Below, piece by piece: positions 25,531 through 37,458 of a stretch of DNA of 64,000 bases. The notes under the pieces were generated by a model, which was not told where the DNA came from, did no database searches, and saw only the letters and a program-made list of their open reading frames with translations. The position numbers were made by a program, and so were the translations under genes. Source of the DNA: Harriotta raleighana (lineage: Eukaryota); the NCBI GenBank assembly GCA_050575255.1, contig JBNZDD010013726.1, forward strand, positions 10,260,618-10,324,617, in the 5' to 3' direction. Position 1 is the stretch's first letter. Each line of letters begins with the position of its first letter.

Positions 25531-27345
25531 AGGATTTACCTACAAACTTTTTCTAACACGCCTGAGGCCGTCGTGGCCTCGAATCTGCCCTGTTTACTTG
25601 CGCGTACAGCTGTCTCTAAATTGTGGTGTCTTTCTCTCGGTTGTGCTCGCACCCTTCTCAGTGTTGATTAACCAACTGGTGAAAAGGTGTGGGAGGGAAG
25701 GGGGACAAAGAAAGGACGAGTGAAGTGGAGGCTGAGCATGGACAGAGTAGGAACAATTTAAAAAGCTCAACAAACCATCTAAAGATACCGGCGGTTTGTA
25801 AACACCTCCCAGAGACGAACCCATAGGTTCCACTGGCAACAGTGACTGTGACCACGCCTTTGGAAACCCTCCTACCCTCTCTGCGTTCGGATCGAGAATC
25901 CCTGACTGTCCAGCAAGTTGGGACATCCTCCCGACATGAAAGGCGCTTTACAAATATAATTGGGTATTGCATTGATGTCTAGCTAGAAGCTGGCCTGAGC
26001 AAAGAAAAACTACTGTACATAATAAAATTTGAAAAGGGTGGAAAGTTTCCTTGAAAATATAATTGTTGCAGCTATGTCGCTCTGTCTGACTGCCCCTGAA
26101 CAAATACAGTTGGGCAACAACCAGGGGTAGAGTCAAATAAAGTCTCCAAATGCCTACGGAGTTTCTTCCAAGCAATGTCTAATTGATATTAAATCCGCAG
26201 ACCTTCATAGAATTTATAATTTAATAAGATCATTACTTTTGAAGAACATAAAGAATTAATCTGTACTTCGGGTGGTGGAAATAAGTCTTCCGTTACCTCT
26301 CCCAGGAGGTGGAACAAAGAAGGAAAAAGAAAGGAGTTTTGATTAGTTAAGATATGATTTAAAAACCTTTTTTTCCATTGAAAAGATTTGCTTTTGACAC
26401 AAGCCTCGAATGTAACAGAGTAGTGAAAAGTTCCTGGATGCTGGAACGCCACACTGTAAAATCAGAATTATAAATTACACCCCTATTCCCAAGGATGCCT
26501 TGTTGGTGAAAAAAATGCCTAAGGTGCTCGTTTAACGCTCGTGTGTAATTCACACAATTTTGCGTGTAAAGTGAAGATATATGCCTCTAACTCCTACAGC
26601 AAAATTTCTGTATCAAAGAATACACGTGGAGCTGAGCGATAGGGTAGTGAGGCATGATTAAAATTACACTCATATTTATAATGCTGACAATAAGTAATTT
26701 GTTGGTCATAAGACTGGTGCTCATAAAGCTCAGCAGAAAGTTGTTCCAGTGTCTTGTCTTTGTGATTATGGATTCAAGGCGATGAGTTAAGACTCTAACC
26801 TACACGTCCAGAGATATAAATTGTATCCTCATTACATATTTTTTAAATCAAAATAGTTAGGGATGTTCAGTGTTAGCTTTCGTTATCAAGGTTAAAACAA
26901 ATGATCCATTTTAATAGTGCTGTACACGAGTTGAGATATGGTTTTGGTTTCAAATCTAAACAACCTTCAGGATGATTGGCTGCACTGTTTGATTTTATAC
27001 TGCTGGCAACTGAAATTAATTTCCTCTCAACTACTCTCTAAACCGTGTCCACAAGTCTGTGTCCGAAACAGTTCTTATTCAGTGTCTCAGCTGATTTTCC
27101 CCTTCCAAGCTCAGAGGGACTAAGACAACTTCTAATGCTGCTTGAAATTAGCTAGCTTTTGGGCATATAAATGGGGATTTGCTCCTGCAACCTAGAGAGC
27201 TCATCAATTGGCAGTTGGAGCTTTTAGTCATTCAGGTTAAAAGCATCTCAACACTATTTTCACATCGGATGAAAGATAGACGCACAGCATAAAGATCGCA
27301 CGACATTGCTGGGAATAAGAACTGCTATGGACAGACTCAAATTAC

Positions 27346-27419
27346 CTTGTTCTTCTATGATACCATTTGGCATCTTCTTCTCATTAATATTGGCCGAGTC
27401 CTTTTTCTTTCTTCTCAAC
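27346..27419 (-). CDS. PTPRE: PTPRE coding exon 3, juxtamembrane: LRRKKKDSANINEKKMPNGIIEEQ
   Basis: AG/GT boundaries, 74 nt; KKMPNGI.EEQ matches PTP epsilon. Confidence 0.95.
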
Positions 27420-28365
27420 CTATTTTTAAAACACAAATTGGGGGAGATATAAACACAGTGGCGGTCACAAATGACCAAATATTCCCATTCTTAAACAGTT
27501 TCATATCAAACATTTGCTTCGACAAACATTTAACTGTAAATTGTGACAACGCGAGACAATAAATTACTTTCTACGACGGGCTGTAAGCTCCACCACACAG
27601 AAGTTAAAAGTTCAAACCGATTGATGGAACAGAGACCTTTGGAACAAGGATTACAGTGACACGTTTTTGAAGCAAGGCTACAAAACAGAAGCATTTCTTT
27701 CAGGAAGTAATTACACGCCCTTTCCACAACTTACATCAACTTAACTACACTAATGTAGTAGCTACGTCCAGAGATAGTTCTGTAGCAAACAGTTTTATTC
27801 CTGGATCCACGGGTTGTTCAAAGTGGAAAAGGGTTTGAAAGGTTAATTTTGGTGGCCAGAGGCCTTGGTGGAGCCACTACCTACAGGAAAGGAAATGAAA
27901 GCATTTGAAGTGAGCGAGGCAGCAAGCTCCAGCATGTAACCTCATATTAACTGCGTAACCATTGCAGCTAGCAGAGTGCAACAAGACGGTGAAAACAACT
28001 CTGTACTGTACTTCTGTCTTGTCAAAACAGTTTCAAAAAAACTTCCTGCCTGCAAAACCTCGTCACATTTAATGCCAATTTCTTCACGTTTCGATGCCTT
28101 TCGTCCTTATCAAGTGAATCAGTTTTGAAAACACTTAAGCTGGAAACGGAGGGGGGGGCGGGTGGGGGTTGTCAGGGAGGAGCTTTTACTGATCTGCAAC
28201 TACCTTCCTTCGTGAACTGCTCCATCTATTGGTTAAAGTTTCGATCTGCTCTCTGATAATTTTCAGGGTTTTTGTTCTGTGAACTTCCTCTGGGTAGCAC
28301 GACTAATTCTGTTTCCCAGGACTACCAACGCGGTGTGGGTGAGGGTAAATGGAGGGAGGGGAAGT

Positions 28366-28370
<5 letters not shown>

Positions 28371-28396
<26 letters not shown>
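28371..28396. repeat. (GA)n microsatellite
   Basis: Directly visible. Confidence 0.95.
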
Positions 28397-29589
28397 AAAA
28401 CCCAGAAGGAACATCTGGAATACACGTTGCATCACAACAAAATGCAAAGGAAGAGAAATACATCATTCAATTCAAATGCGATTCAAATGGAAAAGGTTGA
28501 TGGCTCAAACTCAAACGTCTCGCGAGCCCAGTCTGGCAGGTGGAATGACAAAGTGCATTGGGGATCACCCACTAGGTGAAGCAATCCACAAGGGGAACGC
28601 AATCTGAGTCCTATACTGGCTACTGGATTGACAATTTCAGACTCTCTTTTTCTTTTGTATTGAGACCATGAGACGGTGGGGAGGGCAGAGTGAGTGGGTG
28701 GGGGGGTGGGAGGGTGGGGCAGTAGTTAGTCAGGGGAAAAGGGGAAGGAAGTCTTTCTGGTTTCTGTGGTGCCTATCTCAGGGTGGAGTCAGCTCATCGG
28801 AGAATATCACCCACTTTCTTGGACGTGGGATTGAGAAGAAAAGCAAAATCAAGGATTTCAAGTGAGGGAGAAAAAGAAATCAATAAAATCCAACACATTA
28901 AATACAGTGTACTGTATATAAATCTAGAAGTATTTTTCTAATATGCCTAATTCACCACTCTGGATAGTCAATGAGCTCTTTTCCCTCAGACTGACATGTT
29001 ACCAGGAGCATGGGAGTACTAGAATTAGTAGCAAATTAATAAAACTTCAAATGAATGCAAAATGCTTCAAATATATGTACACCTCCAACTCATTGATTTT
29101 TCTCTGATGCAGTCAGAATGAGTCACTATTACAGCAAAGATATGATTTTTTGCTCAAGCTCTTTAAATGATACTGCAGCTAAGGAGTGAAATTTACTTGC
29201 AATGACTAGACCAATGGCCCTTGGAGTTGCAAGACTGTACCTTAATCTAATTCAGTGTTCAGTTTTGTAGTTATAATTTTCCATAATTTCATCTCAGGTG
29301 CCCAGCCAGCTATGAAAAGCAATTTGAGATGCCCCCCTGACGTGAAAGGCGCTAATATAAATGTAAATTGTATTATATCGTAATTTGAGAAATCTTCCAT
29401 GGCTTGAACTCAATCTGCAAACACTGAAGAGCCTCTGTGTCAAACGATGTCCAGAGAGAGGTATTACAATCCTTAGTCATTTTGGGGGGCGTCTCAGGAA
29501 ATGATTTCCAGAAGACTGCGAATAAATATTTGCCTTGAACGGCAGCTTGTTAGTGCCCTTCAATGAAGCGAAAGCATGCAAACAGTTTT

Positions 29590-29775
29590 GAGTATTTATT
29601 ATAGCAACAGCTTGCATTCACATAGCACTTTTTCAAAGAATCATTGGATACAACAGCACAGAAGGGAAGTCGTTCTTTCCATCATGCCCGTGCTGGCACT
29701 TTGGGAGATCTACCCAATCAGTCCCACTCCCTGTTCTTTCCCCAATATCCTTGTAAATTCTTTCTTTTCGAGTAC
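29590..29775 (-). mobile_element. CR1 LINE 3' end
   Basis: acagcacagaagggaagtcgttc...catcatgcccgtgctggcactttggga...ttccccaatatccttg. Confidence 0.75.
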
Positions 29776-29925
29776 TTTACGCATTTTATGTAGGATAAGG
29801 TTCAAGTGCTGTACAAAGACTAGAGTCGGAAGCTGATCAGGAAAGGAGAGAAGCGGTGACCCGGAATCCCGATTAAAGCACAACTTTAAATGCCATAAAA
29901 TAGTGAGATAGAACTGAAACCTTAC

Positions 29926-30013
29926 CCGAAGTAAACAGCAATCGCAATACAAATCCCGATCAGAAATGGCAAGATTACGTATACAGGAATATATGGATCC
30001 GTCTTTGTTGCAT
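29926..30013 (-). CDS. PTPRE: PTPRE coding exon 2, transmembrane: (D)ATKTDPYIPVYVILPFLIGICIAIAVYF(G)
   Basis: Acceptor ttttttctaacgcag, donor GG|gtaagg; ~21-residue hydrophobic stretch; phase 2 joins the LRRKKK stop-transfer segment. Confidence 0.9.
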
Positions 30014-30149
30014 CTGCGTTAGAAAAAACAAGTTAAAGAATTTGAAGTGGGAGAAATGATACTTAATATTTCATTTTCTGCTTTAGGTTGACATTTTTTC
30101 AAGTTGCTTCATAAAATGGAAGATGTCCTCTCTTTGTCATTAGTGTTTA

Positions 30150-30410
30150 GCACAAATCAGGCGTGTGGAGTAAGGAAACTCCTTGCTCCCACCCTCCCCC
30201 TCCCCCCTCGCCCCAAACATTTCCCCCTGCTCGGGTCTTAAATCATCTGTCCAGCGCCTTGGGACGTCCTCCTGACGTGAAACGCGCTCTATAAATGTAA
30301 TTTTGTTGTTGTTGTTGTTGTTGTTATCCCAGGTTTGGCTCCACCAGGAATCGAACCCAGGCCTCTTACTTGCAAGGCGAGTGCTAATAAGTACTGAGCT
30401 ACGGGACTCC
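30150..30410 (-). mobile_element. tRNA-derived SINE 5' part interrupted by an opposite-strand L2 3' end (30180-30325)
   Basis: SINE head at 30326-30410, CORE segment resumes at 30179; the insert matches the L2 family A tail. Confidence 0.85.
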
Positions 30411-30587
30411 ACAATATAAATATGTAACTTCAACTAAATAAATAAAGAAATAAAGAAATAAAGCAAAAGCTTTTCAGCCATTTACTGGTGTCTCACTTGC
30501 TTCCCAATGATCTACAAGTGATGACTTTCAGTCAATGATCAATTTATTCATCCAGGTTATTTTATGATCCAACAGGGAACATCAAAA

Positions 30588-30890
30588 GGCCTCAGTTGGC
30601 AGCACTCGTGACTAATAGCCAGAAGATTGTAGGTTCACGCTCCAGACTGAGACTATGGAATCCCAATCTAGAATGACGCTCCAATCCAGTACTGTGGTGG
30701 GGGGGGGAAAACACTGTATTGTTGGAGGTGACATCCTTCGGATGAGACAACAAACCATAGTTCCACCTGCCATGCTGACACATTCACCTAGAAAATAGTC
30801 ACTACACTTTATAATAAATCCTCCGAAGGTTTCTTTTTTGAAACATCCTCTTGACTGACAATAAAGGCGCTTTATCATAAGCAAGGATTA
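30588..30890 (+). mobile_element. Deu-domain SINE (SacSINE1/AmnSINE1-like), internally deleted
   Basis: ctcagttggcagcactc...cagaagattgtaggttca...cagtactg...ggaggtgacatccttcggatgagac; matches the recalled DeuSINE layout. Confidence 0.75.
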
Positions 30891-33709
30891 CATTCACGTC
30901 TGAGATTATAATGTACTCAAACCAGTTCCGTAGGGAAGAATAAGAAGAGTATTTCGGATACAGAAGAGTTTTTCTTTAATTGTTTGCTTTCCTTTTCTTC
31001 TTCCATACATAAACGGTTTTTTTTGGACGGAAAATTATTTTCAATAAGGAACATTTTATTGCCAATTTTCTTATAATTCCCACGGGCTGAATATTAAGCA
31101 AACTCTCCAATTTGACTATTACAATAAAAGATATGTGCAGGAATTTTTGTAATTAGTTTTCAGAGAAAATGGATTCAGGGCAATTCTTTAGCTATGGCGC
31201 TTTTTTTTATTTGAACTCCATTCCCTCTAGAAAAGGTTGACTGTGGTTTAGTGCTTTAGTGGTTTGAACAAAGGCATATTGCGATATATAAGGCTCTTAA
31301 ATTCTAACATTTGCGTCAAAGGAACAGCAGAAACCCAACTAAATCCTCTTGCGAGTCCTAAAACCCAATTATTCTGCAGTAACAATATCAAAACAGTTCC
31401 ACACAAAGTCTCCACAGTCGGAGCAGCTAGAATTCTACAACAACATTTTTAAAAGGGTTATTAATAATCCTGGCATTTGATACGTCACATTATCAGTTCT
31501 TCAAGACATCTCAAAGCGCTTGACAAGAATGTACCGTAAAGTGAACTGACTGTATATTGCGTGGGCAAAGATTGTGAGTTAGTACAACACATTCACCTTT
31601 ATAGATTCAGGTGCCTCTAAGATGTCTTCTTGCAATTTCTAAAATGTTGTATTACTTTAATTAACACTTACAGAGGAATTTGTGAATCCCACCTTCACTG
31701 TACCCTTCACTTAGCAAACATGACATTTCCGGATGCACGTAGCAGTCACACCCCCACCTCACGGTAGAGTGCAATGTCTTGATAAGCAATTGATTTCAGC
31801 CTCCTTCAAGTTTGAATTTTGAATGAAAAACCTTTTTTGACTTGCGTACAGTAATCCTTGCATTTGCGTCATGTCTTCGAGATGTCTCAAAGCGCTTCAC
31901 AGAATGTATTGTAAAGTGAATTGACTGTATGGTATATGCTGTGGTCCAAATATATGTCTGCTTAGTAATAAAGGGCGAAACAAAATATTCCAATTGTGCA
32001 AAATGCAGCTGCTTTCAACTTTACTTCACGTATGAAAGCTTGGGGTCCAAAATCATCTGAACATTTAAGCACTGTTTTTTTTTCTGCACTACAAAATGTT
32101 ATACAGACATTGACATAACAGGAAAGACAGAAATATATCTGGCAGTAGAATTAATCACTAGGCTCGGCCACAAGTCAATACGTCATTTCCAACCACACAG
32201 ACTGCATCGTGTGTGCTCTGCACATAATAAGAACTAGGTACAAATGCTTAACACAGCTTTCGAACTGAGGAACAATTAGCAGAATGAATTATATCAATTT
32301 TCACCCTAAATATAAAGTCAAATCACTTTACGGTATATTCTGTGAAGTGCTTTAAGCTGCCTCGAAGATGTGATAAGGCGCTATATCAAATGCAAGGGTT
32401 ATTGTTATCGATGTGAATGTTTTGAGAGAGTGCAATATTTCAAACGATAAAATTTGTCTAGCACCTTTCACGTTGGGAGGAAATCCCATGGAACTTAGAT
32501 GGTAAAGAGCATTCCTCAGCCCCTTGAATGTGCTTTTGGGATTGTAAGCAGATCATTAAGGGATACAATACAATTACAATATTGGTATGTGAACTGGATT
32601 GAATGGATTTAACACAATATTAATGAAACTTTTCAAGGCATGGAGGGTCTGAGATTTGAAGAACTAGGGAAGCATATCTCACCACTTCTGGGAAAGCACA
32701 GGGAGAAAATTGGGAGAGCGAGAAGAGGAAAAAGTATTTTTATCCCCCCCCACCCAAACGTTGTAATATATTCCAAGTGCAGGGATAGTTTTCACCAGTC
32801 ACTCATGATACAACCTTTATAACAATCTGATCAGAGTGGTTTGTGGGGTCAGGTTACTGAAAGGAAATCTTTATTTGACAGTTGGATGTTCTCTGTATTG
32901 TCCATCCAGCCGTTGCTAATCATATAAGATAGAGTGCAGATCAGTAAGTGTTTTACTCAGAGTAAATTGGAAGTATGGCTGGCTGAAATGCATTTCTGCA
33001 GAGGCCATCAGTCAAAGTGGTATTTTTCCTTTAAAAGTCAAATCATGCTTCACGGAGCCCTAGGTGCTGAATGATTTGATGTTCGAGAGAAGCACTGAAT
33101 TCATATACAGTACCGCAGCATGTTAAATGTTAAAGGTTCATGTTAAAGGGACGCTGCATTCATGTAATGACTCTTTTTTTAAAAAAAAAGCTGGTTTGAA
33201 AACACAATGCAACAACACGAGTTATGATTTTAGAAGACAAGTGTACAAGTCAAACATTTATTGAGCTCAACCTGTAACAAAAAAAGGTAGATTTTGCAGT
33301 ATTTCTTCACAGATAACAGATGGAAATGTGTAATTATTAAATTTCATGCATCCATGAGGAAAGCATGCTTGAGTTATTTATGTATTTTAGACACTCGATA
33401 ATTGTGGGTCTGGTTTAAGAATTAAAAGATCTCCACAACATATATTTGTATTACGCCTTTCACGTGAGGAGAACATCCCAAGGCGTTTAAAAGATCTCAA
33501 GAAGATAAGAGTGCCTTCAATAGCCCATTACAGAATGCTCCCTTAAAGAAACACTTCAACAGAGCACTAATTTGCTTTTAACATATGTTCTTGTGACTCT
33601 GTCATCACCACAGGGAAGGACAGTTGCACTCATGTAGTAAACCAGCCTTTTCGCCCCAGAAAGCAGAAAGCAACACCAGAGGCGACGCCTGATAATAACA
33701 ATAATAATA

Positions 33710-34448
33710 CAATAAAAGCCCGTTTATCCGGCACCCATGGGACCTGGCCAGTTTTTCCAGTTGATGGGTTTTTAAAAAAAATAATAATTAAAAATTATTT
33801 AAACACATACCATATTAATAATAGACTAAATAATAGATAACAATTACCCGTTTATCCGGCACCCATGGGACCTGGCCAGTTTTTCCAGTTGATGGGTTTT
33901 TAAAAAAAATAATAATTAAAAATTATTTAAACACATACCATATTAATAATAGACTAAATAATAGATAACAATTATATTGTATGGGTATTTTAGTGTAAAT
34001 GTTGTACACTGTACCATATAAATAATAGAATAAATATTGTAATAACAGATACTGCAATAACAGAATATTGTATGGCTACTTTATTGTAAATGTTGAACAA
34101 CACTATACAAATAATAGACTAAACACACTAATAACAGATACTATAATCAAACAATATTGTACTAGTACTTTATTATTGATACATAACTTCTGCGAATGGC
34201 GGCCACGGGAGGAAAACAAAATGGCTGTGGTGCGACTTTTAAAAGAAAAGGCAATAGCGCGACTTTAGGCTCGACTCGCGGCCAACCAAAATACATACAT
34301 AGTAATCGCCTGCGACAATCGATTCATTAAATACGTCATTGCTATTCTGCCGGATAACTTCCGGTTTATCGAATCAGGACTTTTTTTTTTTTTTGAGGTT
34401 CAACGGGTTCTCCGGTTCATCGAGTCACGGATGAACGGGCTTTTACTG
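33710..34448. mobile_element. Non-autonomous Tc1/mariner (Tigger/pogo-like) MITE
   Basis: Terminal inverted repeats caataaaagcccgtttatccg / cggatgaacgggcttttactg flanked by TA (33708-33709, 34449-34450); no transposase ORF. Confidence 0.85.
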
Positions 34449-34738
34449 TAATAATAACAGTTACACTGGATACAGCGCCTTGTCACGTCTTTGAGATGCG
34501 TCAAAGCGCTGCACAAAATATACTGTCAAATTCATTGAAGATATATCTTGTTGGTGAACTAGTGGAAGAGTGCGGCCCGTGGCTGTCGCTTTATAGACCC
34601 AAATCGGTGAGGTATAACGGGCGATCGCCGCACATTTTCGTAACGCATCAAACAGATTTTAACTGACCTTGGAACATACCAACACTTCCAATGAATGGTG
34701 TAATAAAAGGAGAACAGATGCGTATTACCTACCCTTAC

Positions 34739-34814
34739 CAGAGCCAGCGGTGGGAATGCTTGAGGTTGTATATCTTGTCGGAGTTGATGCATTGCTGGAT
34801 TTATTACTCATCAT
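34739..34814 (-). CDS. PTPRE: PTPRE coding exon 1: MMSNKSSNASTPTRYTTSSIPTAGS(D), Ser/Thr-rich ectodomain; exon begins at 34818
   Basis: Acceptor tctctcacttgcag, donor G|gtaagg; phase 1 joins the TM exon; N-glycosylation sequons NKS and NAS. Confidence 0.75.
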
Positions 34815-35029
34815 GGGACTGCAAGTGAGAGAGGTGGAAATGTTGTCATGTCACTTTTACTTTCAACTGAAGTTGGTATTCAAAACCCAATTATAAAACA
34901 TGCATTAAACCAAATAAGACATTACGCCAACTCACACAGACATACATAACTTTAATATTAATAAACCTTGCATTATATATGGCACCTCACCCTTCATTAT
35001 CCCCTTCATTATCTGGGCCATTATTATTC

Positions 35030-35490
35030 CTTCCAAACAAAATTGGTCACTCAATCCGCAACTGTTTGTGGGACACTGCTGTGTGGAGTTGGCTGCAGCG
35101 TTTCACCCACAAAATATACAGTCAAATCACTTTCCAATATATTCTGCGAAGCACTTTGAGATATCTAGAAGGTGTGATAAGGCGCTATATCGCATTATTA
35201 TTATTTCTCATATTATTATCGTGTCTTTCAGGCATCTCAAAATGCTTCACAAAATGCTGTATAATAAATTGACTGGATACTTTGTGGGCAAAACTATGCA
35301 GCCAATTGCTCACAGCAGTGTCCCCACAAACAGTTGTGAATTTAGTGATCACTTTTTTTAAAAAAAAGTAAGGATTAAGAAAACTCACCCAACATTTTGC
35401 TCTGCCCGGGAATCAAACCCAGTGCTCCAACCTACTAAACTAGTGCTAGTTTAGTGCTAGTAGTGCTAAACTACTACAAAACTCCACCTT
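35030..35490. mobile_element. Two SINE copies abutting tail-to-tail (+ 35030-35205, - 35205-35490)
   Basis: The SINE body appears forward and then immediately reverse-complemented. Confidence 0.8.
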
Positions 35491-35935
35491 TTGAAGTTAA
35501 TAGAACAAGCTGGTTAATGTCATGCTTTGCAATTAATTGACTGACTTGTAAAAAAGCTACAGTACAGTAAACTGTAAAGTACACAGCTAAAGCTTACAAG
35601 ATAACAGAAGTAANAGTACACAGCTAAAGCTTACAAGACAACAGAAGTAATGCTACAACTATTTCAAATCACTATAACTATTCAGAACATTTTTTTTAAA
35701 AAAAAATTGCGGCTGCAGCTTTTGAAAATTCCGTCAACACTTCATCTGCGAGAAACCAAAAAACAAACGGATGTTCAGGCCTGATCCTGACACAGCTAGA
35801 GACAAGTTGCCAATGTTGAATAAATACGCATCTCAAAACGATTCCACTGAAATTCCTGCCCATATTTCCTCTCTAAATGAAGTCCCAATCCGACGTACAG
35901 ACTCCAGCAATACTGAGCAGAATTGAGAAGCCCTT

Positions 35936-35970
35936 GGGTGACATCTAATGGAGCAGGGTGGGCATTGCAA
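35936..35970 (-). promoter_or_regulatory. Candidate CTCF site with upstream motif
   Basis: Minus strand tTGCAATGCCcaccctgctCCATTAGATGTCACcc. Confidence 0.55.
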
Positions 35971-37111
35971 TCATGTTTTTCTTTAAAAAGAAATCGATTT
36001 GCTCAATATCTTTATGTTTCAGATAAACCTGGGAATATGATTCCCACTCGTAGTATTATCTGGCATCTCCTTGCTTTAAGCGCACAGAATGAGGAGTGAT
36101 TAAGATTAAGTTAGGAGGGACTCCTATGGTGGAATTGGCCACTGACGTATTTATTCTTGTATGTGTTCACGCAGAAAGAACAGTCATATTGCTTCCTTCT
36201 GCATAAAACACCTTAGGCTTTAATAAGAGGGCTTCATCCATTATGTGTTATTACAGCTAACTATGTCATATTAAATTTAGCATTGAGTGCTATCAATACA
36301 TCAAACTAACTAAAAGAGAACTACTATTTAGGAAATTCATCAACAATGCATATTTAATGGATGACGCCAGGCTCGTGTCAATTATCGCATCTGTTGGGGG
36401 TTAATTAAATGTTCCACTTGTCTAAAAAATCATAAAGCACTGTGTTTAACAAAATTAACAACTGAGACACGTAGTGTATTATAATAGATTCCAACTGAAT
36501 GGAGATGCTACTGTGTGTGAAGGTGCTACATAAATGCAAGATATTGTTGCTTTCCAAGAGAAAGTTTGCGCATGAACACAAATAGTCTACCTACAACAAC
36601 AACTTACATTAATATAGCACCCTTCACGTGACACCTGGAATGTACCTTTATACACAAGAACAATTTGATACGTACTATTTTTTTTTTAAAAAACCTAACC
36701 ACTAGTAAGCTGACGAAACGGAAGGAAATAAATAGAGCAGCACTGATTCAACACGAGAATAAACATGGAAAATCTACGGCTTAAATGGAGGAATTTATCC
36801 ATCGCAGCGAAGTCCTGTATACACAGCAGATGCTGTGATTCTCTATTTTTAGAATGGGTAAAAATTCAAACCTAAAAGCGATCAGTAAAGATGAACATTA
36901 TTTACTCTGAACTGCAGAATTTTTGTTTCCACACGAGCGCTTTTCTTAGCAGCCACTGGAATATTTTAGGAACAGTAACTATTCCATAGAAAATCAGCCA
37001 GCAGTCTCTGCATCTGTCCTTGTCTTTGAATTGACTGAATTGAGAATAGTATGCCTACTGTCCTGATGTCATTAATTAACTCGCTAAAATGCAACATTTC
37101 AGGTCATAGGT

Positions 37112-37458
37112 ATTATAATAAATAAGAAACCTTGCATTTGATATAGCGCCTTTTCACATCTTCTAGACATCTCAAAGGCGCTTCACAGAATGTACTGTAA
37201 AGTGAATTGACTGTATATATTTGTGGGCGAAACGCGGCAGCCAATTGCGCACAGCAGCGTCCCCCACACACAAACAGTCGTGGATTGAAATGACCAATTT
37301 TATTATCGTGTTTTTTTTGGAGGGATTATTATTAGGTGTGTGTGTGTGTGTGTGGAGTAAGGAAACTTGCCCAAGGTTTCGCCCTGATCTGCCTGGATTC
37401 GAACACAGATCTCACACTTGTAAGGTGAGTGCTCTAACCACTGAGCTACAGGAGCTCC
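37112..37458 (-). mobile_element. Full-length tRNA-derived SINE, short form, young subfamily
   Basis: A/B boxes, gatcagggcgaaaccttgggcaagtttccttactcc, internal (ca)n expansion, intact tail. Confidence 0.9.

Larger units (their letters stand above)
11792..34814 (-). other. PTPRE: PTPRE coding span (19 coding exons, ~682 aa receptor-type PTP epsilon); 5' UTR exons probably lie further upstream
   Basis: Exons join in frame with consistent phases (2049 nt including stop). Epsilon-type rather than alpha-type residues: [69 protein letters not shown], and a very short ectodomain. Confidence 0.95.

Noticed and set aside
27530-27727. ORF containing ...LLTSVW as the orthologue of the mammalian cytosolic first exon
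   Set aside because: The phase fits (TG|gtggag) but the donor is poor and there is no similarity to MSNRSSFSRLTW beyond the Trp.
11792-34814. Assignment to PTPRA
   Set aside because: Ectodomain is only ~32 aa and diagnostic residues ([29 protein letters not shown]) are epsilon-type.
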